From an uncultured Gammaproteobacteria bacterium (GTDB taxonomy: Bacteria > Patescibacteriota > Patescibacteriia > UBA9570), in the NCBI GenBank assembly GCA_964385285.1, contig CAYLOJ010000002.1:67246-131245 (forward strand): a stretch of DNA of 64,000 nucleotides, read 5' to 3'. The position numbers were made by a program, and so were the translations under genes. Positions within the stretch are counted from its first letter, which is position 1. Every line of letters starts with the position of its first letter. The notes below the pieces were generated by a model. The model was not told where the DNA came from. It did not search any database and saw only the letters and a program-made list of their open reading frames with translations. Shown here piece by piece: positions 57,759-64,000 of the stretch.

Positions 57759-58578
57759 ACTATTATTCACGATCGCAGCCGGTGCGTTGTTATGTTGGTG
57801 GTATCAGCAGCAACAACCTGGTAGGCAAACAGGACCGTTCATCGCTTTTTTAGATGTTGGGCAAGGGGATGCCAGTTACATTCGCACCAGCAGTGGGGCA
57901 GACATTTTAATCGATGGTGGACCAGATCGCAGTATTCTGGAGCAATTACCGAAAGTGATGCAACCCGGTGATGACGCCATTGAATTAATATTGTTAACCC
58001 ATCCGCATGCTGATCATCTGAATGGTTTGATCGAAGTCGCTAAACGTTATCAAGTGAAGCAACTCGTAATCACATCTTTGCCTCCCACCAGCTCTGCGTA
58101 TCAAGAATTACTTCAGCGGTTAAATGCACAACAGACGGAGCAGTTGGTAGTGGCAACAGGTGATCAGATCAGGCTAGATGAACAAGATGTTTTAAAGGTT
58201 TTATATCCGGCCGCTGGTGAACCGCTTGAGACTTTAGACACCAACGATACTTCGTTGGTCGTAGAGTATCATCATCACACCGCTACAGCGGAAATGATTA
58301 CACTATTTACAGGTGACGCCGAAGCTTATGCCGAAACAGCTATGATGGAGCGGGATGTGTTGCAAGATGTGGATCTTTTAAAAGTAGGGCATCATGGCAG
58401 CAATACTTCTTCGAGTGCTGCCTTTTTGGCAATTGTCCAGCCAGAACTCTGTGTGATTGAGGTAGGTGAAGGTAATTCCTATGGTCATCCCAAACCAGAA
58501 ATTCTCGAACGCTTACAACCGTATTGTGAAATTAAGCGTACGGATCAAGCGGGGAATATCGTGATTGACCTAAACTGA
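57709..58578 (+). CDS. Metallo-beta-lactamase-fold domain protein corresponding to the C-terminal domain of ComEC, encoded as a separate overlapping ORF. The likely start is MSKFSK at about 57742, overlapping the comEC stop.
   Basis: LDVGQGDA...LLTHPHADHLNGL...KVGHHGS; an N-terminal hydrophobic anchor. Confidence 0.75.
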   Translation: MLRGAHIYLMPMSKFSKLLFTIAAGALLCWWYQQQQPGRQTGPFIAFLDVGQGDASYIRTSSGADILIDGGPDRSILEQLPKVMQPGDDAIELILLTHPHADHLNGLIEVAKRYQVKQLVITSLPPTSSAYQELLQRLNAQQTEQLVVATGDQIRLDEQDVLKVLYPAAGEPLETLDTNDTSLVVEYHHHTATAEMITLFTGDAEAYAETAMMERDVLQDVDLLKVGHHGSNTSSSAAFLAIVQPELCVIEVGEGNSYGHPKPEILERLQPYCEIKRTDQAGNIVIDLN

Positions 58579-58698
58579 CGGATTTCGTATACTATTGAGC
58601 GTGCTCATTTAGTTTTGGAATTTAGTGGTTGGTATCCAATCTGGATTACTACTAGGTTCGAAAATTACAGGGTGCGTTAATCACCAATCATACAATTT

Positions 58699-59895
58699 AT
58701 GCGTACTGTGTTTACGTCCGAGTCGGTGACCGAGGGTCATCCAGACAAAATGGCAGATCAGATTTCTGATGCTGTGTTAGATGCGATTTTAGCGCAAGAC
58801 CCAAAAGGTCGAGTCGCTTGTGAAACTTACCTGACCAACGGTTTTGCTGTGGTCGGTGGAGAGATCACGACCTCCTCGTATGTCGACGTGCCAAATTTGG
58901 TGCGCTCGGTTATTAAAGATATTGGTTACACTGATTCTGAATATGGTTTTCATTGGGAAACATCCGGAGTGATGGTGGCGATCAAAGAGCAATCCACGGA
59001 TATTGCCATGGGTGTGGATAGTTTCAAAAAAAATAAAGCGGGTGGAGTGGCAAAGGAAGATCTCGAAAATCTTGGTGCAGGTGATCAAGGTCTAATGTTC
59101 GGTTATGCCTGTGATGAAACCAAAGAGTTGATGCCATTGCCGATTGTATTGGCACATAAATTAGCTCGTCGCTTAGCCGAGGTGCGTAAAAAAAATATTG
59201 TAAAAGGTTTACGTCCCGATGGTAAGAGTCAGGTAACTGTGGAATATGAAGGCGATAAGCCGGTGCGCGTGCGTTCTGTCCTGATCTCTTCGCAACATAA
59301 TCCCGATGTAAAGAACACAGTTTTACGTGCCGCGATCATTAATAAGGTGATCAAATCCGTGATTCCAAAGAACTTGTTAGATAAAGATACCTTATTCTAT
59401 GTGAACCCAACTGGTCGTTTCGTGATCGGCGGTCCACAAGGCGATACCGGTTTAACTGGCCGTAAAATTATTGTGGATACGTACGGTGGTTATGCACGAC
59501 ATGGTGGTGGCGCTTTTTCTGGAAAAGATCCTAGTAAAGTGGATCGTACCGGTTGCTATGCTGCTCGTTGGATTGCTAAAAATATTGTCGCTGCAAAATT
59601 AGCTACTCGCGCTGAAGTCCAGGTGGCTTATGCGATTGGCATGGCCAAACCATTATCCGTGCGCGTAGATACCTTTGGTACTGGAAAAATTGATGACGCC
59701 CTATTAGCGGAAGCAGTTCAAGAGGTGTTTGACCTGCGTCCTGGTATGATTATCAAAGCCTTGAATTTACGTCGTCCGATCTATCGCCAAACTGCGGCTT
59801 ATGGTCATTTCGGTCGGAACGATTTGAAACTGCCTTGGGAAGAAACTACTCGTGTCAACGCTTTGAAAGCAGCCGTGAACAAAAAGTTACGCTAG
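58699..59895 (+). CDS. metK: S-adenosylmethionine synthetase
   Basis: [25 protein letters not shown] and [15 protein letters not shown]. Confidence 0.95.
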   Translation: MRTVFTSESVTEGHPDKMADQISDAVLDAILAQDPKGRVACETYLTNGFAVVGGEITTSSYVDVPNLVRSVIKDIGYTDSEYGFHWETSGVMVAIKEQSTDIAMGVDSFKKNKAGGVAKEDLENLGAGDQGLMFGYACDETKELMPLPIVLAHKLARRLAEVRKKNIVKGLRPDGKSQVTVEYEGDKPVRVRSVLISSQHNPDVKNTVLRAAIINKVIKSVIPKNLLDKDTLFYVNPTGRFVIGGPQGDTGLTGRKIIVDTYGGYARHGGGAFSGKDPSKVDRTGCYAARWIAKNIVAAKLATRAEVQVAYAIGMAKPLSVRVDTFGTGKIDDALLAEAVQEVFDLRPGMIIKALNLRRPIYRQTAAYGHFGRNDLKLPWEETTRVNALKAAVNKKLR

Positions 59896-59896
59896 G

Positions 59897-60856
59897 ATGC
59901 CTGTTCTCGTCTCTGGTTCCATCGCATATGATCGCATCATGGATTTTCCGGGTAAGTTCTCGGACCATATTCTACCTGGAAAAATCCATAATATCAGTAT
60001 TAGTTTTGCCTTAGATACCTTGGCCATTAAATATGGTGGCACCGCTGCTAATGTAGCGTATTCGTTAGCATTACTAGGCGAGAAGGCAACCGTGGTTTCT
60101 AGTGTTGGTAAAGATTTTACCGATTACGCTGTTTGGTTGAAGAAAAAAGGTATTCGCTTAGAAGGTGTTCATGTGGTGAACAGCGATATCTGTGCAACTG
60201 CGCACATTATTACCGACAAAGGAGATAGCCAGATTGCTGGTTTCTACTTTGGGGCGATGCGGGTACCAGCTTTGAAGCAAGCTAAAGTGAAACGAGCAGT
60301 TGCTGCTTTATTAAAAAAACCAAAAACCGTTGGTTTAATTGGAGCGGGGAATGTGGATGACATGTTGTTAGCTGCTCAAGCCTATCGTAAAGCTAAAGTG
60401 CCATTTGTCTTTGATCCGGGTCAACAAACTCCCTGGTTAAGTGCTGACCAATTCAAAGCCATTATTAAAGGTGCACATACGTTGATTGTGAATGATTACG
60501 AATTAGCGCTCGTGCAGAAAAAATTAAAAAAGGATTTGAGAGTGCTCGAACAGTTGAAGCAATTAGTGGTAACGCGTGGCGAAAAAGGGGCAGACTGGTT
60601 TGTGAGTGGAAAAAAATATACCATGCCGACTGCCAAACCGAAGAAAGTGGTCGATCCAACCGGGGCTGGTGATGCTTACCGTTCCGGTGTACTATTAGGC
60701 CTGTTGCGGAACTGGAGTATTGAACAATCTGGTCGCGTGGGCGCGTTAGCGGCTACCTATGCCATAGAACAATACGGTACCCAAACGCACAGTTATACCA
60801 AGCAGGAATTTATCAAGCGCTATTACCAAAGTTACAAACAAAAAATAATATTATAA
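59897..60856 (+). CDS. PfkB-family carbohydrate/nucleoside kinase, likely adenosine kinase given the metK/ahcY neighbours
   Basis: C-terminal [12 protein letters not shown] PfkB signature and N-terminal GG dipeptide region. Confidence 0.75.
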   Translation: MPVLVSGSIAYDRIMDFPGKFSDHILPGKIHNISISFALDTLAIKYGGTAANVAYSLALLGEKATVVSSVGKDFTDYAVWLKKKGIRLEGVHVVNSDICATAHIITDKGDSQIAGFYFGAMRVPALKQAKVKRAVAALLKKPKTVGLIGAGNVDDMLLAAQAYRKAKVPFVFDPGQQTPWLSADQFKAIIKGAHTLIVNDYELALVQKKLKKDLRVLEQLKQLVVTRGEKGADWFVSGKKYTMPTAKPKKVVDPTGAGDAYRSGVLLGLLRNWSIEQSGRVGALAATYAIEQYGTQTHSYTKQEFIKRYYQSYKQKIIL

Positions 60857-60878
60857 CCATTATTGTTGCATACAAAAT

Positions 60879-62135
60879 ATGAAGTACGATGTTAAAGATC
60901 TGAAATTGGCCACCCAAGGCAAACAGCGCATTGAATGGGCAGACCATGATATGCCAGTATTGCGTGATTTACGCGCTCGCTTTGAAAAACAGAAACCTCT
61001 GAAAGGGATGAAGATGTCTGCCTGTCTACACGTCACGGCAGAAACCGCTAACTTAGTCCGTACGCTCAAAGCCGGTGGAGCCGATGTCGTACTGTGTGCC
61101 TCTAATCCATTATCCACTCAAGATGATGTGGCTGCGGCTTTAGTAAAGCATTACGACATTCCAGTATTTGCCATTACTGGTGCTGATCATAAAACGTACT
61201 ACAAACATTTGAAAGCTGCGGCTGCTCATAATCCTAATGTTACGATGGATGATGGAGCGGACTTAGTGAACTTGATTTTGAAAGAACGTCCTGATTTACA
61301 CAACAAAATTGTCGCTTCCATGGAAGAGACAACTACTGGCGTCATTCGGTTACGCGCCATGGAAAAAGATGGTGTCTTAAAATTCCCTGTAGTCGCCGTG
61401 AATGATGCTAAATGTAAACATTTCTTTGACAACCGTTACGGTACAGGTCAATCCACCATTGATGGTATCATCCGCGCCTCGGATGTGCTGTTAGCTGGTT
61501 CGACCTTTGTGGTGGCTGGTTATGGCTGGTGTGGTCGTGGCTTAGCCGATCGCGCTCGTGGTATGGGTGCTAAGGTGATCGTCACGGAAGTGGATCCGGT
61601 TAAAGCGTTAGAAGCCGTCATGGATGGTTTCCGCGTGATGCCAATGGCAGAGGCTGCCAAAGAAGCGGATATTATCTGCACTGTTACGGGTAATATCAAC
61701 GTCTTAGATAAACGTCATTTCAAAGTGATGAAAGACGGTGCCATGATCTGTAACTCGGGTCATTTCAATGTAGAGATCAACTTGAATGATTTAAAGGCCA
61801 TGAGTAAAAAAGTTAGTCGCGTCCGTGAATTTGTGGAAGCCTATGCTTTGAAATCCAACAAAACTATTTATGTCCTTGGCGAAGGTCGCTTAGTGAACTT
61901 AGCGGCGGCTGAAGGTCACCCTGCTTCAGTGATGGATATGAGTTTTGCTGTGCAGGCCATGACGACTGAATGGGCTGTGAAGAATCATAAATCCCTCACG
62001 GCTAAGGTGTATGATGTGCCAGATCATATCGATGATAATGTGTCGCGTTTGAAACTGAAAACCATGGGAGTGAAGTTAGAATTACTCACCAACGAACAAC
62101 GGAAGTATCTGGCTTCCTGGGAAATGGGGACTTAA
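60879..62135 (+). CDS. ahcY: Adenosylhomocysteinase (short, archaeal/bacterial-type, about 418 aa)
   Basis: Substrate-domain motifs (HMTIQTAVLIET-like ...[12 protein letters not shown]), NAD-binding GYGWCGRG, and the C-terminal region. Confidence 0.95.
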   Translation: MKYDVKDLKLATQGKQRIEWADHDMPVLRDLRARFEKQKPLKGMKMSACLHVTAETANLVRTLKAGGADVVLCASNPLSTQDDVAAALVKHYDIPVFAITGADHKTYYKHLKAAAAHNPNVTMDDGADLVNLILKERPDLHNKIVASMEETTTGVIRLRAMEKDGVLKFPVVAVNDAKCKHFFDNRYGTGQSTIDGIIRASDVLLAGSTFVVAGYGWCGRGLADRARGMGAKVIVTEVDPVKALEAVMDGFRVMPMAEAAKEADIICTVTGNINVLDKRHFKVMKDGAMICNSGHFNVEINLNDLKAMSKKVSRVREFVEAYALKSNKTIYVLGEGRLVNLAAAEGHPASVMDMSFAVQAMTTEWAVKNHKSLTAKVYDVPDHIDDNVSRLKLKTMGVKLELLTNEQRKYLASWEMGT

Positions 62136-62159
62136 GATAACCCATCGTTAGAAAACAAT

Positions 62160-62189
62160 AACCCCACACTGCAAGTGTGGGGTTATTTT
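62160..62189 (+). terminator. Strong rho-independent terminator after ahcY
   Basis: AACCCCACAC-tgcaa-GTGTGGGGTT followed by ATTTT. Confidence 0.8.
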
Positions 62190-62357
62190 GATAGGGAGAT
62201 ATTTTATTTGAAAGCCCTTTCGTCCTTGTTCTTATGAACTGGACTCATCAGTTGAGGTATTACCTCAAGAGGGTGGTGAGCGGAGTCTCGTGGTTGGATC
62301 GGCGCGCAGGGCGTCGAACACAACACGATGAGACTCACACTCAGTACCCTCTACACA

Positions 62358-62750
62358 CTACTTCTTGTAGCACCCGACGCGAATGCCGCCATACCGATCA
62401 CCGGGCAAGGCATTGACTTCGATCATGCCAACCCCGGTTTTTACAGGCCTTGGACATTGGTTGTCCCAGGCAGTGGCGGCCGCAATGGCACGGTCGTAGG
62501 CGAGAGATTGACCCTCGTCAACTTCTGCCTTGCCCCAGGCCGATGGAATGCAGGTGTAACCCTGCGCCTCCATGGCCTTGAGTTGACCACACAACTCGGA
62601 GAAGCTGTGGGTCATGGGGGCTCCCTGCCTTGCGATCAGCGCGGAGTTGATGAAGTAGGCCTGATCTCCCTGCGCGAGGAGTTGGATGGACTCCTCAGCG
62701 AAGGCGGTGGAGAGGCAAGAGACGAGGACAACTGAGAGCAAACGGCGCAT
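62358..62750 (-). CDS. Small secreted protein (signal peptide, 4 Cys, about 130 aa) in GC-rich DNA; possibly a DUF1311/LprI-like periplasmic protein; family not established
   Basis: MRRLLSVVLVSCLSTAFA signal peptide. AGGAG RBS 5 nt upstream. The ...AWDNQC... tail is loosely reminiscent of DUF1311. Confidence 0.55.
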   Translation of the reverse strand: MRRLLSVVLVSCLSTAFAEESIQLLAQGDQAYFINSALIARQGAPMTHSFSELCGQLKAMEAQGYTCIPSAWGKAEVDEGQSLAYDRAIAAATAWDNQCPRPVKTGVGMIEVNALPGDRYGGIRVGCYKK

Positions 62751-62777
62751 GGGCGCTCCTGAGGAAAAAGATGAAAT

Positions 62778-62927
62778 GTTCTTCGCTTGCTGTACGTGGA
62801 CAGAGTAAAATCAATCCAGATACAGCAAGCAAAGAACTGTAGTGTGTAGAGAGTTGTTAAAGAACGATCACGGAAATAATTTATTTCCGTTCAGTGACGC
62901 TTTCGATTAAGAACGCATCACTGAACG
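62778..62927. repeat. Cluster of three inverted repeats in a GC-rich intergenic region: 17-bp arms (62778-62794 / 62821-62837, 1 mismatch), a perfect palindrome CGGAAATAA-T-TTATTTCCG (62871-62889), and 13-bp arms (62888-62900 / 62915-62927, 1 mismatch)
   Basis: Read directly from the sequence, between two minus-strand genes. Confidence 0.6.
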
Positions 62928-62999
62928 GGACGGGAGCGGTGACTGTCGACGTGAATGCTTGCGCATCCGTGTCGAACCTTGTCACCGTTCCCGGTATCC

Positions 63000-63515
63000 C
63001 TAGTCACGTTTTGGTGCGATGGCGAACACTTGCCGACGCCGGAATTGGGGCGTCAGGCTGATGAGCAGACCACCACTCTCTGGGCGCTCGATCGCGAGTT
63101 CACCGGCCGCTTCGAGCGCCTGTAGCGCATCGAGGATGTTGCCGGTGTCGAGACTGGATTGCCGCTCATCCAACCAGTGGAAGAACGGCTCGAACCAGAA
63201 CGACTGCGGACGACCCATCTCGACGTGGTAGGTGCTGATGTGCCCGGCCAGGATGGAGCTGAGATCACCGCCATGGCTCTCGAGCATGCGGAGGCGCTTG
63301 TAGTCGCGCCAGTTGTCGAGGGTGCCGCGGGCGAAGATCGGGGTGGCGATCAGGTACGGGATGCCGATCAAGAGCAGGATGCCCCAAGGCGCACCGAACG
63401 ACACCACTGCCCACACCGCGAACCCGAGCGCGAAGGTGCAGAAGATCGTGACCAGGAGTGCTCCGACGAAGCGTGCGAGTGCGGACCAGGAAGAGGACGA
63501 GAATTGCGTGGGCAT
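63000..63515 (-). CDS. Hypothetical two-TM membrane protein (171 aa), GC-rich
   Basis: Hydrophobic helices LLVTIFCTFALGFAVWAVVSF / GILLLIGIPYLIATPIF; GGAGG RBS 10 nt upstream. Confidence 0.5.
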   Translation of the reverse strand: MPTQFSSSSWSALARFVGALLVTIFCTFALGFAVWAVVSFGAPWGILLLIGIPYLIATPIFARGTLDNWRDYKRLRMLESHGGDLSSILAGHISTYHVEMGRPQSFWFEPFFHWLDERQSSLDTGNILDALQALEAAGELAIERPESGGLLISLTPQFRRRQVFAIAPKRD

Positions 63516-63848
63516 GTGAATTAGCCTCCAAGGCTTGGTGAAGTGTGACTAGGAAGTTGGAAAAGAGCGACTGACTACTGCATTATCCCGCGAATTACCT
63601 GGTTTGAAACTAGGTCAAATGGGGATAGTTCACTGAACTCGAGTGAGCTCAAAATGAACGTATCAGTATAGATCTGCTGCTGAATTTGTTCAGAGCTAAA
63701 AAGTGCATAACTAAAAAATAACCAATCATTATTGGGTATAACGTATCCTATCCACTAGTCAGTAACTAGAAACTTACTGATCACTGCATAGGCCGGGAGA
63801 GAGGAAATATTCAACTCTCATCCCGGTGTCCTCCGCGGACTACTGCTA

Positions 63849-64000
63849 TCAGTTCGTCGTCAACAGATAGACCCCGAATCGGCCGATCGCACCGGCAATG
63901 AGAGCGGTGATGACCAACACGATGTTGATCCCCACCGCGCGAATCAGCCAGCCCGGGCCCTCCAGGACCTCCTTCAGGGTAGGCATGCCAGCCAATCCGA
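63849..64000 (-). CDS. 3' end of a GC-rich membrane-protein gene that continues beyond the window (...KEVLEGPGWLIRAVGINIVLVITALIAGAIGRFGVYLLTTN*)
   Basis: Open minus-strand frame to the window edge, with a stop at 63849-63851. Confidence 0.3.
   Translation of the reverse strand, partial: GLAGMPTLKEVLEGPGWLIRAVGINIVLVITALIAGAIGRFGVYLLTTN

Noticed and set aside
58579-58698. SAM riboswitch upstream of metK
   Set aside because: No SAM-I/II/IV core (for example the conserved GAGGGA...GCAACC elements) is recognisable by eye. A covariance-model search would be needed to be sure.
62230-62357. Possible tRNA or small RNA downstream of the ahcY terminator (TTGAGGT-att-ACCTCAA hairpin, GGCGTCGAAC)
   Set aside because: No cloverleaf could be built. 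It is probably the 3' UTR or terminator region of the minus-strand secreted-protein gene.

Overview
This 64 kb window is a gene-dense bacterial chromosomal segment, mostly about 40-45% GC by eye, with housekeeping genes in an arrangement typical of a monoderm or CPR/Patescibacteria-like genome. Recognised genes include pth, der/engA, an LCP-family protein, lepB, hisS, a HIT protein, rpsU, yqeY, ybeY-dgkA-ftsA-ftsZ, nrdR with a class II B12-dependent RNR, glnA, mutM, a UvrD-helicase/PD-(D/E)XK nuclease fusion, the folate operon folP-pabC-pabB-folE-folK-PTPS, prfB (RF2 with the SPF motif, so the standard code), glmS, a split comEC, and metK-adoK-ahcY. The main candidate for a new system is a roughly 10 kb surface-protein cassette at 10015-20189. 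It holds one 2746-aa extremely acidic, Cys-rich giant protein with a T4SS-pilin-like (VirB2/TrbC-type) N-terminal anchor, IPT/TIG-like and TSP3-like calcium-binding repeats and several copies of an unnamed roughly 40-aa Cys-rich module. Two paralogous single-pass membrane proteins with in-frame N/T hexamer repeats and TSP3-like Asp repeats follow it. The cassette is inserted inside the conserved rpsU-yqeY ... ybeY-dgkA block. Other notable points are a B12 module (nrdR, cobA/btuR adenosyltransferase, tandem NrdR boxes, frameshifted nrdJ, small membrane protein, DUF1858), an ABC importer/GAF-ANTAR/glnA operon with a structured leader, and a folate operon in which a PTPS paralog appears to replace FolB. 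Several discrete islands of about 60-68% GC (1-1100, 7515-8450, about 36290-38990, 39960-41000, 62230-64000) carry accessory genes, including a three-sigma4-domain ECF-like sigma factor, hydrolases and membrane or secreted proteins, which suggests horizontal acquisition or assembly chimerism. No rRNA, tRNA, CRISPR array or transposase was found. All calls are from reading the ORF translations and the DNA. No database search was run.
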